The notes below the pieces were generated by a model. The model did not search any database and was not told the origin of the DNA. It saw only the letters and a program-made list of their open reading frames with translations. Made by a program: the position numbers and the translations under genes. This document shows positions 13,151-25,399 of a DNA stretch of 64,000 nt, one piece after another (positions within the stretch are counted from its first letter, which is position 1; every line of letters starts with the position of its first letter). This DNA comes from Lama guanicoe. Its lineage: Eukaryota. The stretch lies in assembly GCA_013239625.1 (NCBI GenBank), contig MU054220.1, positions 7,475,367 through 7,539,366 of the forward strand, read 5' to 3'.

Positions 13151-14510
13151 TTTTTTTTATTATTTAATTTTTTGGTTGAAGTATAGTGGCTTTTTATAGT
13201 TGTATCAGTTTCAGATGTACAACAAAGTGTTTCAGTTTTATACACACAAACACACAAGTATATACATTATCTATATAAATCAATTCTTTTTCAGATCCTT
13301 TTACATTATAGAATATTACAAGATATTGAATATTGTTTCCTGTGCTGTACAATAGGCCCTTGTTGGTTATCTATTTAATATATAATAGTATGCATAGGTT
13401 ATTTCCAAACTCCTAACTTATCCAACCACCCACCTTTCCTCTTTGATAAATGTAAGTTTGATTTCTATGTCTGTGAGTCTATCTCTGTTTTGTAAATAAG
13501 TTAATTTGTATCATTTTTTAGATCCCACATATATGCAATATCATATGATATTTGTCTTTATCAGACTTATTTCACTTACTGTGATAATCTCTAGGTCCAT
13601 CATGTTGCTGCAAATGGCATTATTTCATTCTTTTTTGTGGCTGAGTAATATTCCATTATGTGTTTATATATATTTATAAAATATACCACATCCTCTTTAT
13701 CCATGGATATTTAGATTGCTTCCACATTTTGGTTACTGTAAATAGTGATGCTATGAACATTGAGGTGCATTTATCTTTTCAAATTAGAGTTCCTCCAGAT
13801 ATATACCCAGGCATGGGATAACTCTATTTTCAGTTTTTTAAGGAACCTCCATACTGTTATCCATAATGGGTGTATCAAACTACATTCCTACCAACAATGT
13901 AGGAGGGTTTCCTCTTCTCTACACCCTCTCTAGCATTTATTATTTGTAGACTTTTTGATTAGGGCCATTCTGACTAATGTGAGGTGATACCTCATGGTAG
14001 TTTTGATTTGCATTTCTCTAATAATAAGCAATGTTGAGCATTTTTTTTATGTGCCTGCTGGTCATCTGGATGTCTTCTTCGGAGAAATGTATAGTTAGGT
14101 CTTCTGCCCATTTTTTGATTGTGTTGTTTGTATTTTTGTTATTGAGCTGTATGAGCTTTGTATCTTTTGGAAATTAATCCCTTGTTGGTCACATCTTTTG
14201 CAAATGTGTTCTTCCATTTTGTAGGTTGTCTTTTGATTTTGTTTATGGTTTCCTTTGCTGTGCAAAAGCTTTTAAGTTTAATTAGGTCCCATTTGTTTAT
14301 TTTTGTTTTCATTTCCATTACTGTAGGAGACAGACCCAAAAAATATTGCTGCAATTTGTGTCCAAGAGTGTTCTGCCTATGTTTTCCTCTAGGAGTTTTA
14401 GAGTATCCAGTCTTACATTTAGGTCTTTAATCCATTTTAGCTTTTCTTCTTTTCCAGTGGTGTTAGAGAATATTCTAATTTCTTCTTTTTACAGGTAACT
14501 GTCAAGTTTT
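13151..14510 (-). mobile_element. 5'-truncated L1 (ORF2 C-terminus + 3'UTR + polyA)
   Basis: T-rich tail at 13151 and classic 3'UTR text (ctctaggtccatcatgttgctgcaaatggcattatttcattc). ORF 14139-14354(-) encodes [24 protein letters not shown], a hallmark L1 ORF2 segment. Confidence 0.95.
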
Positions 14511-14714
14511 AAGCCACTACTTTTTGATGATAGGTAGAGGTATATCAAAACAGGTAAGTGTGGAAATTTAGCTTCTCTTTGAGGTTTTCTAAATTGTTTG
14601 GAAAAAAAAAAAACTAAGAAGAATTAACTGAGGCCAGAATAGATCCTTTAAAAGACAACCTCCTCCCCCACCCAAAAAAAATCACACACCAAACCATCTA
14701 CCAGATCTTTATTA

Positions 14715-14950
14715 TACATGTAGATTCTAGAACTAGGTGCATATGGGATTGAATCTTATCCCACTGCTTGCTGTCTGTGTCATTTTGGCCTATGTTTAAA
14801 CCTTTCCAAGATTCGGTCTCATTCTTTGCACACTATGGTAACATTAATGCATATAATGATGTTGCTAAGAGAATTAGATCATTTGTTTTCTTGTAAAGTG
14901 GTTGGTAGAGTGTATGGCACATAGAAAGTATTCAGTAAATACTATTAATT
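14715..14950 (+). mobile_element. MIR SINE (3' half duplicated)
   Basis: gattctagaactagg..gggattgaatct..ccactgcttgctgtctgtgtc and the 3' end tggcacatagaaagtattcagtaaat. Confidence 0.7.
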
Positions 14951-15100
14951 TTATAAAGTCATCATCATCATCTAATGCATATAATGATGTTGCTAAGAGA
15001 ATTAGATCATTTGTTTTCTTGTAAAGTGGTTGGTAGAGTGTATGGCACATAGAAAGTATTCAGTAAATACTATTAATTTTATAAAGTCATCATCATCATC
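14845..15100. repeat. Perfect 128-bp direct tandem duplication
   Basis: 14845-14972 is identical to 14973-15100 (taatgcatataatg...aagtcatcatcatcatc). Confidence 0.95.
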
Positions 15101-15157
15101 ATCATCATTATCATCGTCATCATCATCATCATCATCACCATCATTACCATTATCATT
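15087..15157. repeat. (ATC)n imperfect trinucleotide microsatellite
   Basis: Directly visible. Confidence 0.95.
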
Positions 15158-17999
15158 AAGTTGTCCAAAGTAGCAGTCAGCTACTTCAGTTAAGGACTTC
15201 CCTCTGTCTGTTGAATTTACTACGGTATATTACAAACCTTTGTAGAATGAATGAGCAATGATGACCAACTGGAAAGCAATAATAAAGAAAAAGGGAGTTT
15301 ATAGTAATGCAGCCTTTCTCCTTTGCCTGTCATATCTTTCTAAGCTAAGAAAAAAACTACCTGATTCAGCATAAAAAAAAAATCTTTAGCTTTTAGGTAC
15401 TGATTACCAGCCTTGATACTGCTGCATCCTAGGGTGTTACTAATTATGTTAAGATGCATGGTTGCCAGCTCATAAACTTTCATGAAACTGCCGTGTGCTT
15501 AAGGACCTCTCCCCATACTTTTTGATCCCATGGACTTCATTCAACTGATAATAAGATGTAGCTACCTTTGCTTGATGACTCCCCAGGCTTTCTTGAGAGA
15601 GAACAATGTGTAATTTCCATGGAGTGTGGGAGGTCAGAATAAAGAGAGAAAAGAGGTGTACTAGGGTCCTAGAAATTCAGCTTCTTCCCAAATTGCTTTT
15701 TCTTAAAATGCCCTGTCTGCTGTGCAACTTTCTTTCTTCACACCAGTCCAGTTAATGTTGGGGCTCAGGCAGAGTGTTTTGGTGAGTGTGTGTGTGGTAG
15801 GGTGGGCCTAAGGGTAGAGAGGACAGTTTGAAATGCCGATGAAAGTGACCTTATACTACCAGATAAATTATGGATTCCTTCCTTCCCATGTTTTTAAAAT
15901 TGTTATTATTTTTCCTTTGTTATTTCCATTTAATTTCTCCATATGAAGCTCCATCCATGACTTATTAAAAAGAATTTATAAACTCAGTTTTGTGTGTGTA
16001 TGTGTGTGTGCATATATGTGAGTTTTGAAGTTAAGGACTATAAACATCTAATAACCAACATTTTTCTTGCCCACAAAAAATTGCGAGAAGCCAAAGAAAG
16101 TGTTGTGAAATGAAGCAAATATAAGAGTTGCACAAATATCAAAAAAGAGAAATAAATCCCTTTTCTAAACAACAATCTAAGTCTTTAAGAATAAAGAACA
16201 ATTTTGGTTAGAGCTGTAAAGTCGTGTTCTCCGTGGTGACGGGCCATGGTGGATTTAGACGTTGAAATTAGCTTTTAGCAAGTCTCTTATATTAAAATAC
16301 CATTATTTCTAGTTTTAAAAGAATTTTATTGTTTGTCCATTTGGAAAATCCTGTGCTACACTCAATCACAAAGCTGCAAAACTGAAACATATTATTTTCT
16401 CATAGCTAGACAACTTTGAGCATTAAAAACAAAGTGCGTTCAAACTGAGGTAGATGATATAGAATATGTTGACAACAAGGATTCCATTCAATCACACTAC
16501 TTTAAAAAGACTTTATTTTAAATGGCTTATCCCACATAATTGTGTATTTCGAGTGGTAATTACGTTTAAGATTTTGATGACTCTTCTGATAAAATCTTTA
16601 TGGTGCAATGGGCCACACTGCCTAATCACCAAAAGGCAAAGGAAGAGGCACTTCTATTGTTGGTTAGACCTGGTGCCTTCACAGTACAACTGAGAATGTT
16701 ATCTTTTTACCTGATATTATGTCTGATTGTCTCCCATGGCTGTTAATAAACTATTGGAATCAGATAGGTTTAGTCAGATTCTGAGTCACTCAATGAATTG
16801 TTGGTTATTACATATAAGAAATCTTACATAACATTTCTTGTGACTCATTAAAACTTGGCAATTTTTGCATTTTCTGTCACTTAGGTATGTGATTTATCAC
16901 ACTTTCATAGCTTAAACAAAAGGATATCTTATGTCGTATGGTCTCCAAATAAGACTGTTAACTCAGGTTATCTTTGAAATAACTGATAACCATACAGTTT
17001 CATACTTGGATCCTGTCCAAATCGAAAGATAAGAAAGAGTTGTCAGTACATTTATCCTCTTTCCAAATACACCTGAACCACCATGGGAATTTTGCACTGA
17101 CTCGCGATAGATATTTGAATAAATAAGCTATTTACACTGGATATTAAAGTACAAAATTATTTCCATGGAAACGTCCTAATGATTATTTTAGACAGGAAAA
17201 TAAAAACTGTGTTCCAAACTCCATTTTAATTACATTTCTGATATAATGAACTTTTAACTTATGATTCATTTGGTATATGTGTGAAATAAAAAGGGTGCCT
17301 CTTTCCTTTGTTCTTAGAAAACTCATTAAATTGTGTGATTTCATGAACAGAGGGTTTTTTTTCTTTTTTCTTTTTGTAAAAATCAGTCTTTAAGATAAAG
17401 TTGGCATTTTCAGCATCTACCTTAAAAAGGAACACTGACTCAATTAGAATGCCAGATCAGTGAGTAATTTTTATAGAGTTCTGGTTTTAGAAATAAAACA
17501 TATAGTATTTTTTCACAAGAGGTTTTGGGAAAGATATTATAGACTGAATATTTTCATTCTAGGGGAAAACATGCACTTTCACTTCCTGCATTTGGTAGCA
17601 AAAGAAAGCATTGGCATAATATATGATTTTAAAATCATTTTTGATTGTGCATAGGGGATTTTATGTGCAGACATTTTAATGTGGTCATTATGTATAGAAA
17701 AAAATGCTTTGGAAAAATAGAGTTTAAAAAAAAATAGATCAAGATGGTAGACAGGAAAGGTTGCAGTGTTCATTGTTCAGAATGAATATATACTTTTAAA
17801 TTTATTTTTAAAAAATTAACTTTTAAGTGTATCTGTTCTCTTTGTATCTCGCCCATATACATTCATTTTATTACACTCTGTAAATCATTCCCTCACCTCT
17901 CTTCTTTCCAAATACATATTTGCAATCCCTAGAATTAGGAAAACCATATTCATTGGACAGATTCTGCACTGCTCATGACTAGCTATGAAAAGGAGCAAC

Positions 18000-19150
18000 T
18001 GGCTACTTTCTAAGGAGGGAGACAAGAAATAAGGCGTGTAAGTAAAATTTATAGCAGGTAAGATAGTGACAAGTGGTAAGGAGAATCTTCGGGGCAGTAA
18101 AAGAGGATAGGAAATATGTGTATGTGTGTATGTTGGGGTGGGGGTGTTAATGTTGACAGTTTAACAGTCAAGGAAGACATCAGCAAGAATGTGAGTAAAC
18201 ATGTGACAGCAGAGAGAAGGGTATCCAGGAAGATATTAGCAGTAATATTCATTTCAACAGAGGAATTGCAGCTGTCCACAGGGACAACTCCTGTCCATAG
18301 GTCAGGGCATGCCTGGAATGCTTGAAAGTCATCAAAGAGATTAGAAAAAGTGGAGGGAACAAGACAGAGAGATGCTGTCAGAAAAGGTCACAGCAGCCTT
18401 ACCATCTAAATCCTAGTGAATATGTTAAAGACTTTGGTATTTGTCCTATGTGAAATAGGAGACTTGGGGAACTTTTTGAGCAGAGAAATGGCATCCTGAA
18501 ATGTCTGTTTTGTGTGTGTGTGTGTTCAGAATAGTCTGAACAAGGCCAAAGATGGAGAACAATAAGAAGGAAATTAACCATCTAACAGATGATGTGGCAT
18601 GGAAGAGCAAGATAAAGTAGGAGTGGTGAGAAGAGATCAGATTCAGATATTTTTTGAGCAAAGAACAGATAGGATTTGCTGATGAATCTGATGAGGGGTA
18701 TAAAAGAAAAAGTGATTTCCAATACAGTTGACCCTTGATCAAAGCAGGGGTTAAGAGCATGGAATATTCCTTCCCTCGCCAAAATTCCAAGTTTAACTTT
18801 ACAGATGGTCCTCCTTATCCATGGCTTTGCATCCCTGGATTCAACAAACCAGGGATCATGTAGTACTGTGACAAAAGTTTACTGGAAAAAAAAAATCCAC
18901 GTATAAGTGAACCAGCCCAGTTCGCATCCATGTTGTTCAAGGGTCAACTGTATTTCTTTCTGTTTTTACCTAAGAAATGAGAAGAATTGAGATGCTGTTC
19001 ACTGAGTTAGGGAGGACAGTGGATGGAGCTGGACTGAGGCATGGGTGGATGTATTAGAAGCTCAGTTTTGAAGACGCTGAAGTTGGGTTGCCTGTTAGAC
19101 ATACAACTGGAGGGGTTAACAGACAATTGAATTTATGAGTCTGCAGCAGG
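18000..19150 (-). mobile_element. L2 LINE fragment, interrupted by a MITE
   Basis: Purine-rich antisense L2 text: aaagactttggtatttgtcctatg, cagattcagatatttt..gataggatttgctgatg, gatgctgttcactgagttaggga. Confidence 0.7.
18725..18950. mobile_element. Tigger2a-type TcMar MITE (226 bp)
   Basis: Perfect 14-bp terminal inverted repeats cagttgacccttga / tcaagggtcaactg. TA target duplication on both sides (18723-24 and 18951-52). Confidence 0.92.
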
Positions 19151-21709
19151 GATCTTCAGCAAATAGATGATTTTATATATTCCATCATTCTTTTATCTTG
19201 TTTGCCTTTACTTTGGTAAAGCACTGAGGATCACGATTGGGTTTGAATATTAGCTTAGATGTAGCAAGAGGTAAACTTTAGGCATGAAAGTTAGACATTA
19301 ATTTAATCCATAGACATTGTTCACTTATACATCTTAGTCAGTGTTTAAGGGTTTGTTTTTCACTTCCTATTTTGATGAAAGATTGCAATGTTGATTGTTT
19401 CAAAATAAATATAATGACAATTAGACATTTTTCTGACATTCTTTTCACGGTTCCAATGGTTAGCACTTATGGGAATGGAGCTTGGTGAGAATGACGACCA
19501 AGAAGCTACCTGATCTTGATTTTAATTTAGGCATCTGGCCAGAGATGCAACAGTACACATTCACTATTGGCAAATTCACCAAGAAATTATCTGGAACTTT
19601 GGATCAAAACTCTGGTGAGCGGGCTTGTCCTCTGCATGCCTCTCTCTCTCAGAGGTGATTGTGGTAGGAACAGGATTTAGACTTTCTAATCGTGCCCACA
19701 CTCTGCCACCATTAACGGGGACACTGTGGTTAGTAGACGAATTCTCAGAAGACCTCTTTCCCCTCTTCTTCCCCCACAATGTTCTGTCCCTAAGGCAGCT
19801 CGATGGAAGCCACAAAGCAAGATGCAGGAGGCAATTACCCAGATTCTTCATTCCCTAGAGATGGCTCTTGCCTACACTTGGCCTACATCTGGTGCAGAAA
19901 GCATCATCATTTTCTCTTACGATGAGATTTTCTTATTAATTGGCACTAGTGCTCTCCATGGGGAAAAGAAATTGTTGGGTTAGCATTATTTGGAATAATT
20001 ATTTCACTCCAATCTACTAGCTGTCAGTTCTGTACAAATTAAAGGACATACAAATATTATGCAAATAAATACTCGAGGGGGATATTTAGATGCCACACAC
20101 TTTAATTTCTAATTGAAAGGACTGGAGAGTGGACAAGGTATTTCCTATAGTAGAGGGTGTGGAAGCACAAAAAAAATCCATTTTTTTCCCACCCCGGGGT
20201 TATGCGACAGGCTTTGCAATCAGAATCTGTCATTTGTTGTGACTGGTTTCAAAGATTTAATCTCGGTAACTCAAAACTCAGTGAGAAATGCTGCAGGAAT
20301 GACCTTTTCAAGGTGATCGTTTGTTAATTGAGGACCCTGACAGTTTGCAATTCTTCGGTTCTGTATGAATGTTTGCTGTTCCCCTGCAAAGATAAGTTCT
20401 GCTGACAATATTCTTATTTGTGAGCGCAAGGACAATAGACCCTTGGCACCGAGGAGAGAGTCTGAGCAATTCTTGTTGAGATGCAAATAGTCGGAGGTCC
20501 CCTGACTCATCGCCTAGCTACCCAATTCTGCCTGCGTAGGGGCAGCAGAACAGAAGACACAATTCGCAATCCCGCTTGCCATGTATTGTCTTCTTTAATT
20601 TTAACTGCCCTGAGCTGTAGAAAGTATTTTTTCATTATAAATAACTGCATGTCACAGGTGTTGGTGTTCCTTGCTAAAATGCAAATCCTCAGTTGTTAAG
20701 CCTATAAGTGTAAGTGGTTTACTCTCTGTGTAGGTATATACGACAAAGACAGTGAGCTCTGGGGTTATATTCTGATGCATATTTTTCATTTTTTTTTTTG
20801 AGGCATCCTGTCTTTAGACTCTTTTTTTAGAAGACCCAGTGTTGATTTGAGATCCTTCTTTCCTTATGCTTGCTGACTCATTTGTCCAAAATGATACATT
20901 TCATAAAAAATGTCTATCGTGAGCTTTGAGTTCTGGACTCTTTCTTGTTTTCATTGTTGAAATTTCCACAAATCCTGTTGCAGAATAAAGAGGGATGAAG
21001 TAAGAAGGGTTTTTTTTTTTTTTTTCCCTTGGCAGTTTTGAAGCATATATTTATCCTGTAGCCGTCCAGGAAGTGAGAGTTGGTCCTTGACTGCTTGCTC
21101 GAGAAGCTATACATAGCTGCCTTAGATATTTCGCACTGAGATTTTAATTCTGTAACTTGAAAGTCCCAATTTCTAAAGATTGTCTAATTAAGGTATACTG
21201 ACATTCTTTTTCACAAAGTTATTTTTGAGTTCAGTACCATTTAAGATGAGCCCTTCAGTTTCTTTTTACCAGAAACCTTGGCTTATAGGTATTAACTGAA
21301 ACTACTTAATGGCACCTGCAGATGGGGTTCAGAAAGATACGTTGTGTGAACCAATGTTAAAAAGAAATGAAATAAAACACAAGTAAGCCTGAAAAGGTGA
21401 TTATGGCAACATTGGCTTATTTTCTCATCACTTAGTTTTATGCAGTCTAACAACATAGATTTCTTGCAGTACTGTTACAGGAAAACATTTCTGCAAATTA
21501 TTTGATGAAAACACATTCCAGAGATTTTGCAACTGCATGTAAGTGGGTGAAGAATCTATTTGGCATTAATTAGTGTCTCACTACGTTAATTAGTGTCTAT
21601 GGATTTTTAAATGTCTAATACAACAAAACAAACAGAATTGTTGATCTTTGTGTTTTTTCTTGCTACTCCTGCATCAAGACGCCTGATGTGGTGCAAGAGT
21701 AGCAAAGAA

Positions 21710-23080
21710 GTCTGCACCAACAGTGTTTTCTTGGAAACGTTTGGGGGTGAATCTGGGGCAAGAAGCTACCATACTCCAGTGACACCATAGCTTGACGTAT
21801 TAGGAATTACCAGTCTACATGGAAGATCCTATCGTAGATACATAAACCTAGCAAAATACTTCTTTTATTGCAACTTTAGGAATGCATAAAATTTCCAGTA
21901 TGACTTAACCATATGCAAACTTTGAACAAAATAGTGACATGAAGTAAGAACACTTTTACTTCACATTCATTGCCTAGATGCCCAATTTATACAGTTCAGA
22001 ACTGTATAAAACTATTAAGGATTATGTTGTCAACAAATAATATTTGTATAGAAGTATATTCTGATGGTGCAGCTGCACTGATGGGACAACATTCTGAGTA
22101 ATTACCCAGATTAAGGATATTTCTCTAGAATGTAAATTAACTCACTGCTTTCTTCCCAGAGAAAGTTTTATCTTGGGAATAAAAAAAAAGTCAACTGATA
22201 TAACCACTGTACTTAGCAATGTAGTAAAATTTGTGGATTATATAAAGATTATTATGTTAAAGTCTATTCTATTTAGTATGTGATAATATGAATGTTGATT
22301 ATTAAGACTTATATTCATAAGTATGATGGTTATTGAGCAGAAAATTTCTGCTGATCATGTTTGAACTATGCAATGAAATCTTAGTGTTTCTGCAAGACAA
22401 GAAAACAATTTTGTCCCAATTTTTAGTATAAATCAGCAGCAGACATGCTTGTTTTTCTGATTTTTTGTTTTTGTTTTTAGTGACCTTAAAGTTTTCCTGT
22501 AAGTAAGCCATGTCATATATATATATATATATATTTATTTATATGCACATATACACTTAAATTTATTTTCCCAATGCCAGGTGACATCAAAGTAAAAATC
22601 AAAAGTTAAAGATTGGAGGAACAAAGCGTCTATAAATCATTATGACATGCTTCATAATTAAAGATAATCATCAATTCAATAAGTGATAGCTCTATGACAC
22701 ATATAGAAAAGTAATCACTGAGCATTTTCCATATTAGATAGAATGATTTGAATTCCATTTTTCATCAAAAGAAGATTCAAATGTACAAAATTCATGGGTT
22801 TGATACTTGTTTTTTTAAAATGGAAATAATTTAAGTTTATCTGTATCTTTATAGCATAAATTGCTGTAATTGGCTACTTATGAGCGACTAACATTAAATG
22901 TTTTGAAAAGGCAGCATTCCTCACTTCATTTTGGATGAAATAAAATTAATATCCTGAGATTATCAAAAATATCTTTTAATCCTATCAATATTTCTATTTT
23001 ATTCTAGCTTTTTCTACTGTGAGTGTTATTAAGACACATTATAAAATTTAAAATATAAATTATTGCCTGTGAGTAGTGTT
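21710..23080 (+). mobile_element. Degenerate hAT-Charlie/Buster transposase fossil (SCAND3/ZBED9-like, probably Charlie10)
   Basis: Manual translation across frameshifts gives, in collinear order: SSDTIA*RI, LAKYF, LQL*EC, SELYKTIKDYVVNK, YSDGAAALMGQHS, CKLTHCFLPRES, MFELCNEILVFLQDKK, YDMLHN, FSSKED, SFWMK, YPEI, FSTVSVIKT. These match Buster-type hAT transposase motifs. Confidence 0.85.
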
Positions 23081-23759
23081 GTATGGGTATGTGGACTGCC
23101 TTGGAAGATAGTAGGCAGATTTCCATAAGGTCCTTTCCTAACTTTCAGATGCCACTGTTGTCTACTTCTTAAATTTTACCTATCTTCTGCCTTCCCATGC
23201 CTACCAATGACTTTGTACACAATATCTCCATGTCATATGATGTATGCCATAATAAAACCTTAATGTAGGAACTTTCCATATAAATCGTTGTAAATTCCAC
23301 AAGATTGGAGGATGCAAAGTGAAATCTTGCCATCAAGTCTTTGCTTTACCTAAGAGCTACTGTACTTTTGTTCTGATTTGAACATGATGAAATCTTCCTG
23401 CATGTGAGCTCTCACAGGGAAGTGACTGTTTCCCAACATATTTAAGCATAGTAATTTTGGGTATTCGTCTACCATTTTTCATTCATTTTCTGTATTATCC
23501 ACTTCCTTTTTTTAATTAAATGTCAGGTGCCTATTCACACACTGAAAGAACCACATATACTGATATTTAAACTCTGACTGTGACAAATGAGCTTGCTTCT
23601 TGTTTGTTAGCTTATCCAGTCTCAGGTGGATCTATATTATGAGTGGCTTTTTCCTCTGATAACCTATGGCATATGAATTTATTATTCTGATAGTATAAGG
23701 GAACTGATCATTTAAAAAGATTAAATGTGACTTGTAGCAACTTTTCTTTTCCACAGGTC

Positions 23760-24110
23760 TGCAGCCATGCTGTGGTTCTACTGTTCCAAACTGGGACCAG
23801 TTAGGCTTGGTGCCAGTTTGGACTGTGCTTTGGTTTCAGGTCATCCTCACATGACCTCACGTCCTTCTAGGACTGAAGGCTACTTGGAAAACACTGTTTC
23901 TAGGTTGCATAAAAGCACAACAGAGCAACATAAACGATGCAGTTTAGGCCTCTGTGAAATCACTAGCACTGACATCCTCTTATTCAAGCAAGTTCCATGG
24001 GCAAATCCAAGATTAATAAAGCATGTCCGCTTACTCTAGGGAAAGAATTGTAAAGATACATTGAAAAGATGTTGATTCCAGAAGTGACTGAGAACAATTA
24101 ACCAATCTAC
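23760..24110 (-). mobile_element. Ancient ERVL/MaLR LTR fragment
   Basis: gacatcctcttattcaagcaagttccatgggcaaatccaa resembles the antisense LTR33/MLT1 motif cacattccattggccaaagcaagtcacatggcc. Family uncertain. Confidence 0.4.
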
Positions 24111-24499
24111 CATACCTATTTTCATTATTATCCACTTTCTGAATTCAATGTTCATGCTGAGACATGATTATTGGTTAAGCCAGCACAAATCGGGGGAAAA
24201 GCATAATGATTCTTGGCCAAAGTCATAGCTGTAGCCTATGTGAAGTCACAGGATTGTAACCTCCCTTCCTCTGGCATTTCTGGTGGTATTTAATGGAAAG
24301 TTCCCACACTATGGTTGTGTTTTTATGCATTATTCAGAACATACTACTATGATATAGCCACTAGAAGGCACAAGAGAGCAAAATGTAGGTAGAAATCAAG
24401 ATAAAGTCAAAAAGCAGGTGAGAAGTAACTTTGGGGAAATGTGACCACCTCCTCTAAGACAAGGCCATATGGCCATCATCGACTTCAGAAAAAATCATC

Positions 24500-25280
24500 C
24501 TAACCTTTGTAAATATCATAGAGAAAGAGAATGTGTATTGCAATATATCTTAAAATACTCTATTAGTACATTTGGAAAAATGCATAACCATATTAATGTC
24601 ACTATTAACAATGAGCTATAGTAGAACTAATGCTACATTTTTATTTATAGTACCAGAACCTTTAGTAGTAATATACCATAATGTTAATATCCTGAATGTG
24701 ATGGAATATTATGGTTATATAAAAAATGTTTTTGTAGAAAATACACAATAATGTATATGGGTATAGGAACACTGTGTTGACAGTTTACTCTCAGTAGATT
24801 CCAGGAAAAAAAAAAGAGATCCTTGAACAGTTTTTGCAAACTTTCCATATGGTTGAGAATTGTGTCAATTTTTTAAAACTACACCAATAACAAAAATATA
24901 ATATAGTTATGAATAAATGTAACAAAGGCATTAAGGCTTTTATGTAGAGATAATAAGCTTTATTAAAAGACATTAAAAGAGTAAATAAATGGATATACCA
25001 TGTTCATGGATAGGAAATTGTAATATTTAAAGATGTCAATTGCCCTGAATTTAAGCAATTTATTAAATAGATACCCATATAATTAGTAACAGTGTTTCAT
25101 GGAACTTGGCAAGTTGATGTAAACTTCACATGGAAGGGCACAAGGCTAGGAATAGCAAAATGTCTTTATTATAAATAATAAGGAAAACAAACACAAAGAT
25201 GAATTTAATTATAAAAATATTGAGGGACTTTTCTTCTGATATAACAAGGCTTATTACAATGCTTAAATAAAGAGTTTAAA
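24500..25280 (+). mobile_element. Old L1 fragments (3'UTR and ORF2 pieces), sense orientation
   Basis: aaataaatggatataccatgttcatggatagg...aagatgtcaatt is the L1 ORF2 IPCSWIGR region. The upstream piece resembles an L1MC/ME 3' end. Confidence 0.65.
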
Positions 25281-25399
25281 AATAGATTTATGCACATATG
25301 GAAACTAAAGCAGACTAGGCACTTAGAGGGGATAGGAAATATTTCTCAAAATAGTACTATGATAACTGATCATACAGTTAGATTAATTTTTCTTACTAG

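Noticed and set aside
14139..14430. ORFs resembling proteins on both strands
   Set aside because: An L1 ORF2 fragment and its antisense frame, not host genes.
14845..15100. CRISPR-like or functional repeat array
   Set aside because: Only two adjacent copies with no spacers, in mammalian DNA.
19576..19983. Cluster of overlapping ORFs
   Set aside because: No homology recognised and no convincing splice boundaries. Expected by chance in slightly GC-richer DNA.
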